Translations under genes and position numbers: made by a program
Part shown: positions 25,738-38,130 of the stretch, in pieces
How the letters are laid out: each line of letters starts with the position of its first letter
How positions within the stretch are numbered: position 1 is the first letter of the stretch
Notes under the pieces: model-generated
Databases searched by the model: none
Seen by the model: the letters and a program-made list of their open reading frames with translations, nothing else
What the model was told of the DNA's origin: nothing
Source of the DNA: Camelus dromedarius
Lineage: Eukaryota
Assembly (NCBI RefSeq): GCF_036321535.1
Contig: NC_087437.1
Location: 5,394,001-5,458,000 of the forward strand
Direction: 5' to 3'
Length of the DNA stretch: 64,000 nt

Positions 25738-26714
25738 CATGAGTTCTTAATTTCAGATATTTTCCCCCATGAATAGATTCTTTATAGATTTGATCGATAC
25801 TTTGGTTCCATTGGCTTCTTTATAGATTCCAATTCTCTGATGCAATTTTCCATCTCTTCATCTATTTTCCCCATTAAAAAATTTTTCCTTGAACATATTA
25901 ATCACAGTTATTAAAAAAATTTTTTTGCTAAATCTCATTAGTGAAATCTGAGCTACCTGTGAGTCTGCTTCTATTATCTGTTTTCGCTCTTGGCTTTTTT
26001 AGTGACAGTGGCATAACTAATAACTTCTGATTAATATTAGACTTTGTGTGTAAAAAAATTACAGAGACTTCTGAAGTTACATTCCTTGGGAGCTGGCTCT
26101 TCCTGCCTTCCACCAGGCAGACACAGCTGGGTGGGGTGGGGCTGACCCCCTGAACCAGTGAGGGTCTGGTCTACCCACCGTCCTCGGACTGGGCTGTCAG
26201 TGCAGGGTGTCGTGTGTCCACCACGCCCCCAACTCCCAACCTCCCAAAGCAGGTCCTGAATCCTCAGCTTTATCTTCTCAGCACCAAGACCGCTGAACAT
26301 TCCCCGCTGTTTTCCAAAGGCTTTCTGATTAGCTCTTGAACCACCCACCCCACAAAGCTGCAGAATTTAGCGACTGCCTGGAAGGGAACAAACTGTGTGC
26401 TGAGACTCCTCACCACCCCCGGGTTTTGTCTCTGCAGTGCAGTCCCATGAGACCACCAAAAGGTCCACTGGCTTCTCTTCCCACAGCAGCAATGCTCCAT
26501 TTGGGCAAAGCCTGGATTTTTAGTCTCTTCCAAACACCCATTCCAGAAATGCCTCCCAGGGATACGGCAGCTGCAGACCAGCAGGTGAATTCCCGTAGTT
26601 CTGCCCTTCTTGACATCTCAGCATCCTTCCACCCCCCCGCCCCCGACTAAGTCCTCTGTGCTTCAGCACCTCTCAGATGCCTGTCAACAGAATGATCTTT
26701 TAAAATATATTTTA

Positions 26715-26989
26715 ACAGTTACCAGGGGTGGAAGGAAGTGGGAAGGAATAAATTGGGAGTTCAAGATTTGCAGATACTATGATATATAAAACAGATTAAA
26801 AGCACGTTTATACTGTATAGCACAGGGAACTATATTCAGTATCTTGTAGTAACTTATGGTGGAAAAGGAATATGAAAATGAATACATGTATATTCTTGTA
26901 TGAGTGAAGCATTATGCTGTACACCAGAAACTGACAGAACATCGTAAACTGACTATACTTCAGTAAAGAGATACATATACAAAAAAAGT
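26715..26989 (+). mobile_element. Truncated L1 3' UTR
   Basis: acagttaccaggggtggaaggaagtgggaaggaataaattgggagttcaagatttgcagatact...aaactgactatacttcagtaaa. TSD aaaatatatttta at 26702-26714 and 26990-27002. Confidence 0.9.
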
Positions 26990-27183
26990 AAAATATATTT
27001 TACATGGCTTTTCTCATTATTCCTCTTGGGGTCATCAGTTTGCCTCAAACTACTAAATCTTACCCAGAAGCAGAAATCCCTCTTTATATTTTTTCAAAAA
27101 GCTTTCATTACAACATTTAATCTTCCTCTTTTAAACCTACAAGAAAAAAATCGGGCAATATTCATTACTCTGATCTTTGAAAC

Positions 27184-27385
27184 CAGAGGTTGGCAAACTA
27201 TAGTCCACAGGCCAAGTCCAGCCCACTGCTGAGTTTGGGACATTTTTATTGGAACAGTGCCACACCCATTCATTTACATATTGTGAGTGTCTGCTTTTGC
27301 AAGACAAGGGCAGAGTTCGATGGCTATGAAAGAGACCAGATTGCCCCCAAAATCCAAAATAGTTAATATTGTTCCCTCTACGCCA
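27184..27385. mobile_element. MER58A-like hAT MITE
   Basis: cagaggttggcaaactatagtccacaggccaagtccagcccactgc...ttttattggaacagtgccacacccattcatttacatattg. Confidence 0.75.
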
Positions 27386-27546
27386 GCCCGTTTTATACGG
27401 ATTCAGGAAACTGAGCCTCAGACTGTTCAGTGACTTACAATTTTAGAGATAAGAGAGCATCTAAGGTCCCCTGGTTTTTCAGTCCCAATGTCTTCCCATT
27501 CTTCTAATTGACCTCCTATCACCATGATTTATTGTAATCATTTTTT

Positions 27547-27673
27547 GGGGGGGGAGGGAGAGATAATTAGGTTTATTTATTTATATATTTATTCTTAATG
27601 GAGGTACCGGGAATTGAACCCAGGACCTCGTGCATGTTAAGCACGCGCTCTACCCCTGAGCTATACCCTCCCC
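27547..27673 (-). mobile_element. Vic-1-like SINE, long-tail form
   Basis: tRNA-Ala-like body with taattaggtttatt tail module. Perfect 17-bp TSD tattgtaatcatttttt at 27530-27546 and 27674-27690. Confidence 0.93.
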
Positions 27674-28365
27674 TATTGTAATCATTTTTTAAGATGAACG
27701 CAGCGAAGAGAGAGGGGCGATTTTAAACCAGACAGCCCCACTCTGGGAAAAGAAGGTGTCCCAGCAAACACAATGAAGGGCCTTTCTATCTCTGGAAGAT
27801 TCGGGAGATTTCAGTAGTCACCTTGGAAATCTGCTGAAACAAATAAGAGAAGGGAAGTAGCCAAGGATGCCACTGTGAGGTAAGAAAGTCTTAATATTTC
27901 ACAGGGCTCTTTTTATTGTTGTCGTTCAGAAAAGAAACTTGTAAGGCAGAACAATGAAAAGAATCCTGTGGAGTGCGTTCAATTTTTATGCATTTGATTG
28001 CTGGGAGCTTTCATCAAGGCAGTCCCTGCGCTGGAGGGGGAAATGTCCCCAACAGAGGATGGCAACTCAGAAGGGGACGGACACACACACACATACACAC
28101 ACAAATATGTGACTAAACAAAACAGAAAAAAAATCTGATACAGTTTCAAACTTAACAATGACTTAAGAGGAAGGCCATCTTCCTTTTTCCCTTCTCTGCT
28201 TCAAACAAGTATGATGGTAATTTGCTTCTTTTTCATAAAATTGTACAATCTAATGAGTGGTGCAATTTAGCACCCCATGTCAATTACAGACACTCAAAAT
28301 TTCAGAATCATGAGATCACCAAAATTATCACACACACACACACACCCGTGAGGTCAGCTAGTTGT

Positions 28366-28905
28366 TTTTCTGTTGTTGTTGAAGTATAGTCAGTTTACAA
28401 TGTTGTGTTAATTTCTAGTGTACAGCACAGTGATTCAGTTATACACATTTTTTTTTTATCACAGGCTATTACAAGGTACTGAATACAGTTCCCTGTGCTA
28501 CACAGTATGACTTTGTTGTTTATCTGTTTCATACATAGTAGTTAGTATCTGCAAATCTCAAACCTCGAATTTACCCTTCCACCCTCCCCTTTACCCCTTG
28601 GTAACCACAAGTTTGTTTTCTATGTCTGTGAGTCTGTCTCTGGTTTGTAACTAAGTTCATTTGTCTCATTTTTTTAGATTCCACATATAAGTGATATCAT
28701 ATGATACTTGTCTTGCTCTGTCTGACTTACTTCACTTAGTATGATCATCTCCAGGTCCACCCATGTTGCTGCAAATGGCATTATTTCGTTCTTTTTTATG
28801 GCTGAATAGTATTCCATTGTATAAATATACCACAACTTCTTTATCCAGATATCTGTCAATGGACACTTAGGTTGCTTCCATGTCTGGGCCATGGTAAACA
28901 GTACT
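28366..28905 (-). mobile_element. L1 3' end with ORF2p C-terminus
   Basis: Minus ORF 28674-28892 MAQTWKQPKCPLTDIWIKKLWYIYTMEYYSAIKKNEIMPFAATWVDLEMIILSEVSQ is the L1 ORF2p end. Flanked by cagctagt on both sides. Confidence 0.94.
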
Positions 28906-29537
28906 CAGAGCAGCTAGTCTTTTTTATTGCACTATTATCTTATGCAGAAGGCTAAGCTGAGCATGTCTGCATCCAGCCAACTATGGGGCCACATTTTCCC
29001 AGGAAAAACGCATTTCTGGCTGAAGAGTGCAAAGTAAGATGCAAGAGAGGAAAAAGACTTATGTATAAAAGTAATGGAATCGTGTCCTTATAAAGAAACA
29101 TAAACTCCTCTAAGAGGTGAGGAATGAGGAAGAAAGGGCCCTCAGACCACCCAAAGTTGGTTCTCCCAGTGCTTGGATTTTTCCATAGACAGAAAGGCAA
29201 CAGCAGAACGTAGCTCCCATTTCCATTGGTGAGCCATTGAAATGCCCACCAGTCCGTGTCACTCATGCTCTGAATTCTTCCATGGCTTCCCAGTGCCCAG
29301 TTCCAGAGTCCCAGCCCCTGAGCACAGCCTACACGGGAACCCTCAATCCTGTATCTCTCCTCAAACTCACTTTCCATCCTCCCTGTCCTGTCTGTCCTGC
29401 TCCTGAAAGGAAGACCCCTTCAAGATACATCATCTGGCCATCCCAACAGGCAAAGGAATAAAGCTCTGATCGAGAACCTCATTCCTACTCCAGAATTTGT
29501 CATGAAAAAAGTCACAGTATTTTACTCTATTTTAAAG

Positions 29538-30600
29538 ATGCAGATAAACAACAAGGACCTACTGGATAACACAGAGAACTACATTCAGTATCTTGTAATG
29601 GCCTATAGTGAAAAAGAATATGGAAAGGAATATTGTATATATATACAAATGAATCACTATGCTATCCACCAGGAATTAACACAACATTGTAAACTGACTA
29701 TCCTTCAATTAAGAAAAAGATGTAATAGCTATAAAAATCTCTATAGTCATTTACTTATGACAGCAAAGATACTGCAAAAATTACTGAATTACACAAAAGA
29801 ATACAGGCACCCCAATGTTCACAGCAGCACTATATACAATAGCCAAGACATGGAAACAGCCTAAATGTCCATCCACAGATGACTGGATAAAGAAGTTGTG
29901 ATATATTTATACAATGGAATACTACTCAGCCATAAAAAATAATAAAATAATGCCATTTGCAGCAACATGGATGGACCTGGAGATCGTCATTCTAAGTGAA
30001 GTAAGCCAGAAAGAGTAAGAAAAATACCATATGATATCACTCATATGTGGAATTAAAAAAAAAAGACAAACAAACTTATTTACAAAACAGAAACAGCCTC
30101 ACAGACATAGAAAACAAACTACAGTTACCAGGAGGGGAAGAGGGTGGGAAGGGATAAACTGCGATTTTCAGATACTAACTACTAAATATAAAATAGTAAA
30201 CAACAAGTTTACATTGTACAGCACAAGAAACTATATTCAATATCTTATAGTAACTTATGGTTAAAAAGAATATGAAAACGTTTTATTCCTTTGGATAATT
30301 ATGTAAGTTTAAAAAGCTAAAGCTCTAACCTATTCTTAGAATCAATGATCAGTACACATATGTAAACTAAAAAAATGTGCAGTATACCGTATATATGTAT
30401 TTATATGCAATATAACGTGTATGTGCAATCGAACTGTAATAATTCTACCTAATAAAACTGAGAAAGGAAAAAATATATCTTAAAAACGGAATATGAAAGC
30501 AAATATATATATGTTTCTAGATGACTAAAGCATTGTGCCATACACCAGAAGTTGACACAATACTGTAAACTGGCTATACTTCAATAAAAATATATTTTAA
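29538..30600 (+). mobile_element. Two adjacent L1 3' fragments (about 29538-29720 and 29800-30600); the second is split by a 200-bp insert
   Basis: gcaccccaatgttcacagcagcactatatacaatagccaagacatggaaacagcctaaatgtcc...gcagcaacatggatggacctggag...ctatacttcaataaaaa. Confidence 0.92.
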
Positions 30601-32179
30601 AAATTTACTGAATTGCAAAGCTTGAAGAGACCTCAGACAGCATCTACTCTCAATTTCCAATCAGTGGTTCAGGAAGCCCATGAAAGGACCCAGTGGACTC
30701 CTCCTCTCTGCCCACTGATAACCACTACCAAGAAGAAGGCAGTAGGCAGTTTCCAGGGGACCAGCCTCCCCTCCTTTCCTTCTGAGCCTGACCTCAAGCC
30801 CATTCTTAGCTTTCAAATGAAACACCCACCAACCACAGAAAGCAACCTTCTCTCCAGGGAGGGGGCTGAGAGCTGTTCACAGCAAACAGGGTGGGGAGTG
30901 GACCCTCGGTCTTCACCGTGCCTCGTGAGGGGTTCTGCCCTGGGGAAGGAGGCTGGGAAAGACAGGTGCATTCTCACTGACCCCAGTGAATCCTCAGCGC
31001 ACCTTTCCCAGTCATGATCGTTGTCTTTTCTCTAGAAACAGAGCCCAGCAGACTCAGAGCATTCAGGAAGCACTTGCTCAGAACACACGCACACCAGCTG
31101 GGAGACTCCAGCCCCTGAGCGGTAACTGGCTGACTTGTATTTCGATGTCCCCCTTGGCGATGCCTCAGCACACTTTTCCTCTCTGGAAATTCTGTCAGCT
31201 TAATTTATGCGGCTCGTACCTCATTCCCTTTCAGGCAACACGCTTTTTATTTTTTCATTGGGAAACTTATCTTCAGGATTTTCCCAATCCTCACTGCTGT
31301 TCATTTTTGATGTCCTGGATTCTGTTGAGAGTTCTCACAGAGAAGCAGGGCTCCTTTAAGATGCTGTCTGTCTACACCCTGTGGCCACTGACTGTACCCC
31401 TACCCCAGGATCCAGACTCAGAGCCAGAGCACTGACAGAAGGAGGGGACACACTGTCCCCTCTCCCTGCCCCCATCGCGGTGTTTTCTCTTCCAAGCCAC
31501 GGAAACCTTTTCAGATGTTTTCAGTGTCTTTACTATGTTTGGATCAGATGCTGAATGGCTAAGTCAGCCCCAGCAGAGTGGAGATGGGGTGGTGATGGGG
31601 TCTGGAGCCTGCTCCTCTGTCTTCCTTTCTGTTACCTCCCATCTACGTCTCTACTCACGTGGATTGGCTTAGCACTTGCCCAAGGGAAATTTCTTTTCCA
31701 CTTCGATGCCATTAGTTGTGCATACAACCCAGCTGTTGGAGTTTAAACAAAACAAAACTTGACTCAGAAAAAAAGATAAGGCTAAAATAAAATCTCAGAT
31801 TAAAAATGGGAAGGACACACGCTGAAGCCAACTCTGGCTGAGCCAATTTTCACCAATCAGAAAAGAAGCCAGGTCCAGCCAGAAAAAGTGCTTTGAAAAG
31901 CTTCACGTATGCTACATCAACAACATAAAAATACAGGTGGCTCCCACTTTTTCACGTCTGTTTCCAGAAATGGTACATTGAAGCAAACTCTCTTAATATG
32001 CACAATCTTTTTAAATATGTTTTTAAATAAATGTCTTTATTTAAAAATATTTTTAAATAATCCCAAAGAAATAATGTGTTCTTATAAATCAAAGCTTATA
32101 ATGCCGATTTACCACCAGAAATCTTTTTAAAAAGTAAAATTGAGCCACATGTTACAGCCTATTTTGTGCAGAAGGAGGG

Positions 32180-32410
32180 AACAGTATGCATAGTGGTCAC
32201 CGCTGTGGGCTTAGAAGTCAGACAGCCCGGCTTCAAATTCCAACTCATGACAGAAAAGCTGTGTTTCCCTCTGCAAGTTACTTGGCCTCTCTGAACCTCA
32301 GTTTCCTACTGGAAAATGTTGATAGTTAACAGCCCATGCCTCGCAGGAGTAGTGTGATAATTCACAGTCAGGTCTACAGAGCACCTCGGCACAGAGTCAA
32401 GTGCTGAAGA
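32180..32410 (+). mobile_element. MIR SINE
   Basis: gaagtcagacagcccggcttcaaattccaactc...gcaagttacttggcctctctgaacctcagtttcct. Confidence 0.78.
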
Positions 32411-32590
32411 CACAGGAGGTAAGAGAGGGGAGGTGACTGGACCAGACCCACTCAGCTGGCTGATGACAGGACTGGGAGTGGCACCTGGATCCGTTCTTCC
32501 ATTTTCAACGACTCCCTCATAAAAGTTCTTCAGAGAAGCACAAATGCACAGTGAATTGGTTATTCCAAGTTCCTTAAGAATTAAAAAATT

Positions 32591-32717
32591 GGGGAGGGGT
32601 ATAGCTTAAGTGGTAGAGCATCTGCTTAGAATGCACAAGGTCCTAGGTTCAATCCCCAGTACCTCCATCAAAAAAAAAAAAGTAAATAAATAAACCTAAT
32701 TACTGCCCCCCCCAAAA
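32591..32717 (+). mobile_element. Vic-1-like SINE, long-tail form
   Basis: ggggaggggtatagcttaagtggtagagcatctgcttagaatgcacaaggtcctaggttcaatccccagtacctcca, then A tract and aaacctaattactgcccccccc. TSD aagaatta(a/t)aaaat. Confidence 0.92.
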
Positions 32718-32870
32718 AAGAATTATAAAATGTACAAAACACATGAAAAGTACAACTCAGCCATGTCACAGATTTGACCCAAAAACTACGTCTAAAAAGT
32801 AGAATTAATTTTACTCTGAAACATTTTCTTTTCTTCCTTTGAATTTGAAAGGCTTTAAGATACGGTTTAG

Positions 32871-33125
32871 GGGGTAGGGTGGGGCTCAGTGGTAGAGTAC
32901 ATGCTTAGCATGCACGAGGTCCTAGGTTCAATCCCTAGTGCCTCCATTAAAAAAAACTAATTTAACTTAAAGAATAAAATAAAATAAAATATTGGGGGGT
33001 GAAGGTATAGCTCAGTGGCAGAGTGCATGCTTAGCACTCATGAGGTCCTGGGTTCAGTCCCCAGTACCTCCATTACATAAATAAACAAACAAACAAACCT
33101 AATTAACTGCCCCTCCCCCCCAAAA
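32871..33125 (+). mobile_element. Head-to-tail Vic-1-like SINE dimer (monomers start at 32871 and 32994)
   Basis: Two tRNA-Ala-like bodies joined by an A-rich linker. One TSD pair, aagat(ac/gt)ggtttag, at 32857-32870 and 33126-33139. Confidence 0.9.
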
Positions 33126-35769
33126 AAGATGTGGTTTAGAAGGAAACCATCCTTTTAAAAAAGTGATCCTGGGAAATTTACACAAGTGCCTTTTTTCCCC
33201 AATCATCTCATCAGCGCGCACACAACACACAGACTCCGAATTTGCCTCACACGTGATCGCCGATCGCATCTTTATAGGAGTCCTCACTGCAGGTTTGGGT
33301 GTGGGGCGGACAAGCACCTCCTGCTTTTGGTTCTTGCTCTCACTGCTTTTCTTTTCTTTTCCTTCCCCGTTCCCTAACGGCTGACACAGCATTAAGAAGC
33401 TTAAGCTGTTAAAAAAAAAAGCAACTGCTTAGGAGTTGAGGAGGGAAAATCACATTTTCTTTTTTCTTTTTTTAGTCTGAATGACGTGAGGAGTGTTATC
33501 ATTGTTTATGAAACTTGGGATTTTGCCTTTAAAAAGGCAACAGGTGTTGGGACAGGGAGCCACGGAGCAAGGGGACATCCTCCCCACAGAGCCCTCCACC
33601 TCACGGTGACAGAGAATTGAGACCCAGGAATTGATGAGACTCTGAAAATATGAAAGCAGCAGAAAACCTCAACGCAGGCAGGTACAAACCGGAGCCAGGA
33701 GCCCCCATCCCCTCCCCGTCTGGTGAGGAGAAGCAGTCAGAACCTAAAAAGTTCTCAGAACAAGACCCCAAACAATGAGGCCGGAAAGAGGAGGGAGAAC
33801 TCGGAACAGGAGCCCAAAGGGTTCCAGGACTTCTGACCGGGGGACGGCGGGAGGCAGGGGTGAGACACGGCTGGAATGTTCTGGAATTACCAGGACGCCG
33901 GCCCGACTAGGTGTGCAGCTCAGCAAGGCAGAGACAATGCTGTCGTGTCCAACAATAGGTGACGGTGACTTCCCATCTGAAACAGAGGCGGGCTTTGTCC
34001 CAACGCACGATGACCTTTCCAGGCCCATCATCTGCTTTCCTAATCACACAGGAGGGAACGTCTGAAGCCCAAGTAATTAACACGGTGTCACATGGTCAAA
34101 AGCTGAGGAACGTGGCCAATGTAGGGCCACAGTGAGACCAGGAGCCGCCAAGAAACCTGGCGCCATCGGCAGGACGGGCCCTGGGCGAGCTCCTTCTCCA
34201 CCAATAGCCACGGCGTCCTTATCTGCACATGGTCACACTGGGTGGGGTGACCTCTGAATGTTCCTGGGAAATCACCGTTGACCATGGACGTCCTCGCCGG
34301 TAACACCCATATCACCCATGTGCAGCACACGCACAAGCACATGCACCGTAATTTCTCTGCAGTCACCCTGTCTGTCCCTTCAGCAGAGTCACCTCAACAC
34401 TGCTGGCTGGAGTAAAAGACCTCAGCTCCCAAAACTGGGCAAGACCAACCAACAAACAACTGGGCCAGACGCCGTGACACAGGTCACCAGGCTTGCTGCA
34501 GGCACGAGATTTCCCCAAATTGATCACCTTCTCACACACATATTGAGAAGCCCAGTAAGACTCACGTTCCTAATTGTCAAAGGACTGAACAAGATAGAGC
34601 CCCCGAAGGCACTCTGTATTCCCGCAAGCGCTCTACTGACAGAAAGCATCACTAGTGTCTCCCGTCCAGAGGCTCCCGCCCCCAAGGGGAGCTCCTCCTC
34701 AGGGTCTCCCCACTTTTCTCCATCCTGCCCTGTCCTCAGGCGGCATCAAGCCCTACGCCTCCGGGCTGCCCTCAACCTTGCGAACACTGACCTCCCCCGG
34801 CCGACCCAAGTCTCTGGTCACACAATGGGGAGAACTGCGGTCTGCCGTCAACCCAGAGGTGGATGGGACCCTGGACAGGGATCAATTAGGAAAAAATAAC
34901 CTCACTTTCAGATAAGGAAAGGAAAGGCCAAGAAATCATATACATCACTTCCATCTTGGGTAGTAACTTCGTCCAGGTTCTCCTGGACACTGCCCCTAAT
35001 TGGCTCTTTGGTGTGATCAAACTGGCTGTTTTCTGAGCCTGATCTACCCAAGGCCTTACCTGATGACTTTACTCAATTCTAAGAGCCTCGGGAAATATAT
35101 CACCATTTTACACATAAGGAGTGGAGACCCTGAGGGGCTAAGGAACTGTGTTGAGGTCACAGAGCCAGTGAGGGCGATCTCCCAGCAGGTCTGCAGCCTC
35201 ATGCCCAGATCTGTGTCTCCCCAAAGCCTACGCTTTTAATCACTCCACCAGCGCTATTCCCTGACGTGCAGGGTGATGGACTGATACATACAGCCTCTGG
35301 TTAATTAGCTAATGCTGCTACTGGCCTCCCTTTCTCCAAGATAAACAAGGCTGATCCTGGGGCCATGAGAAGCCAGCCAGCCCTGCAGTGATGGGTGATG
35401 CTGGGAACTGTGGACTGGACATCTATGGGCGTCTGGTGGCCACTTTAAAGCACTCAAGGAGAGATGAGGGAAAAAAAAAAAAGGCTTCCATCCAATGCAG
35501 TTTTTAAACCACTGATTCACCACGCAATGCAGTGTTATCAAAAGAGCTCAGCCACCACTGTGCTTGCAAAATTCTATATATTGCTAAAAAAAAACCCCAA
35601 AAGTGAAAAACCAACCAACCATTTTATTGGTCTAACATTCCCTGCGGAGCCAGGTGGGAGACATCCTGACAAGGTGGAGGCCATGCCTGCAGGAAGAGGA
35701 ATAGAAATGGAATCAATTCTATTTCTTCCTCTCCCAAAACATACAGTTCTGAAGATCAAGCAGGTAGAC

Positions 35770-36235
35770 AGAGGAATGACCCCTCTCCTCTGAAACCTAA
35801 TATAGAATTTTTGCTTCCTGGTCTCACCACTTTGGATCTGCTGGTTTGGAGGGATTGATTCCCAAGGGAGGAAAGTGTCCGCCAGATAATGCAGCAATGG
35901 CTTCACCGAGCAGGAAGGTGAGACTGCCCCTTGGCCACTCTGGACTATGAACGCCACAGAAATCAGAGGCTGGGATGGTGGTTACTGTACTGACTAGGTG
36001 AGTGGTCCCCATTTCCAAAGGGAAACTGGATGTTGCCATAAAATGACATCGCCAGGAAAGTCTCTGGAGATTCTCTTGGTACTTTCACATCCCAGAGGAA
36101 ATAATGGAAAAATTAAAGTAATTGGGGGAAATCGGGGGCTGGGGAGGGGAGAGCCGCTAAGGATTTAGTGCCCTAGATCATCCCACCAGGCAGTGAACCC
36201 CAGCCAGGTGAGGAGTCAGCCGAGGGCCAAAGCCA
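35770..36235 (+). mobile_element. ERVL/MaLR internal fragment, dUTPase-like region, degraded
   Basis: aatttttgcttcctggtc...tctgctggtttggagg...ttcccaagggaggaa...ggaaggtgagactgccccttggccactctgga...gttactgtactg...cccaccaggcagtgaaccccagccaggtgagg is collinear with the post-integrase dUTPase segment of ERV-L as I recall it. No intact ORF. Confidence 0.65.
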
Positions 36236-36487
36236 AGTCCCAACAGTCATGGTATCCATATCTGAGCAATGCCAACTCCCAGCTGCACCGGTCCCAGCTG
36301 AACAGTCTGCAGGCTGCACTAGGGAAATAGTTCCCATCACCCAGAAAAGGACACCGTGCCATTTGGGACTCTGTGTCTCCTCTTTTCGATCAAAGAGCAA
36401 GATCACTCATATGAAGAGCAGCTGCATCTTGTTGGGTAGAAAAAAAAGTTGTTTCATCATCATGTCAAGTTAAGAATGTGCAGAAGT

Positions 36488-37468
36488 GATACCAGGCAGG
36501 ACCCTGTGGGGTCCTCCTAAGGTACAACTCTTTCGGTGTTCCCTGTTACTTGTCTGCAGGAAACAGACTTCATTCAGCCTCCTTGACCTTCCCTGAGTCC
36601 CAAAGGGCAGATTCAAACAGTTGCTAATCAGGGAAGGGAGGGGATGCAGAAACAAGGGAGGAACATTCAAGAAACAACAGTGCAAGGGGGAGGGTATAGC
36701 TCAAGGGGGAGGGTATAGCTCAAGGGGGAGGGTATAGCTCAGGTGGTAGAGTGCCTGCTTAGCATGCATGAGGTCCTGGGTTCAATCCCCAGTATCTCCA
36801 TCAAAAAACTAACTAACTAAATAAAACTAATTACCTCCCCCTGTAGAAAAAAAAAATTTTTTTAAAAGAAACAATAGTGCAGCCTTGGGGCAGGGTCCTG
36901 GTTACCAAGGCTGTTGCCCCCAGGATCGTACCCGTATCTCTCCCTCAAATAGACACCAGTTACTCTTATCTGAATCTCAGGAGGCGAAGAGAAGAAACAA
37001 GAACTGGTTAGAACCAACAGAGCCCAAGATGGCGGGGATCTGCCTTCCAGTGGACCTTGCGCCTCATTACACGCTCGCTGTGATGCTTCAGCTGCTAAAC
37101 GACACACCCACCAGCACATGACAGTTGACGACTGCCATGACAACAACTGGAAAAGCCCGCACAAGGACAGAAAAGAAAGGCGATTGGCTCCAGCACCCCG
37201 GAAGGAGGACACGATGGCAGAAGCCACCCATAAACATCCCCATGGCCGGAGCCGCAGCTGGAGCTGTCTCCAGTGGCCGTGCTGGCTGATGGCTCCCCGC
37301 TCTAGCACTTTCTTTCCTTTCCCTCTTCTGAGCAACAAAGCAGCTGTTCACTTTGCCCCTCTGCCTCTGCTGCACGAATTCTTTCACAGCTGGTGGCAAG
37401 GACCCACACTTCCGTGGGCTTCCAAATGTAGGGGGTCCCTCTACCCGCTAATGGTTCCAACCCGGCAT
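36488..37468 (+). mobile_element. Probable ERV1-class solo LTR containing a nested SINE
   Basis: Starts TGATACC and ends ...CGGCA. Contains CAAGATGGCGG (YY1-like, 37025-37035), ATTGG, a TATA-like cataaa (about 37230) and an LTR R/U5-like 3' part. CpG-rich relative to flanks. TSD not identified. Confidence 0.55.
36686..36865 (+). mobile_element. Vic-1-like SINE with triplicated 19-bp 5' end
   Basis: (GGGGGAGGGTATAGCTCAA)x2, then GGGGGAGGGTATAGCTCAGGTGGTAGAG... TSD aagaaacaa(c/t)agtgca at 36669-36684 and 36866-36881. Confidence 0.93.
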
Positions 37469-37834
37469 CTCTTACTGCTCCCCGAGGCAGCCCCGTGGCG
37501 CTCAGTGCTAGATGCCCAGGACAGAGCAGTTAATGAGGAAGAATCAGCCGCTATCCTCAAGGTGCTCATAACCCAGCAAGGGAGAAGACCCTGAGCAAAC
37601 AAGGCACTATGATCACTGCCATGAAGACGAACAGGCTCCTCTGAGGGCATGCCACAGAGGTCTGGGAATGATGGCAATGCGCGCAGCCTGGGACTTCTGG
37701 CTCCTGGCACAGATCCAGAGAAGGATCAGCTCAGACTGTGTTCCCTGCCTGGAGTCAACACACCTTGAAGGAGGTCTGCGGTGCACATTCAAGAGTTTAA
37801 AAATTATCCTGGAATTGTCACATCCGTCATTCCC

Positions 37835-38130
37835 TCCTTCACTCACTCCTTTAGTAAGAGCCCTCAGCACTGAGGCTCCGAGGATTAGCAGCGCACAAAA
37901 CAAAGCCATGCTCTTGGGGTGCCCACATTATGGTTGGGGGACCCCAGAAATAACAACAAACAAGGGTATGATGTCAGATGATGACAAGTTCCTCAAAGGA
38001 AAGAAATAGGTGATGGAGGCTGCAAGTGAAAGGGGCCAGGGGAGGGGCTGTTCTAGGCAGGATGGTGAGAGAAGACCCCTCCGAAAAGGCAGCATTTAGC
38101 GGAGACTTGGAAGAGGGGAAGGAAGAAGCC
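37835..38130 (-). mobile_element. L2 LINE 3' fragment
   Basis: ccttcactcactcctttagtaagagccctcagcactg...aaacaaagccatgctc...ggatggtgagagaagacccctccgaaaaggcagcatttagcggagacttgga. Confidence 0.6.

Noticed and set aside
34318..34899. 193-aa plus-strand ORF
   Set aside because: GC-rich, Pro/Ser/Arg-biased, with no family resemblance or splice/poly(A) support.
36686..36742. CRISPR-like direct repeats
   Set aside because: Contiguous tandem copies of a SINE 5' end with no spacers, in a mammalian intron.
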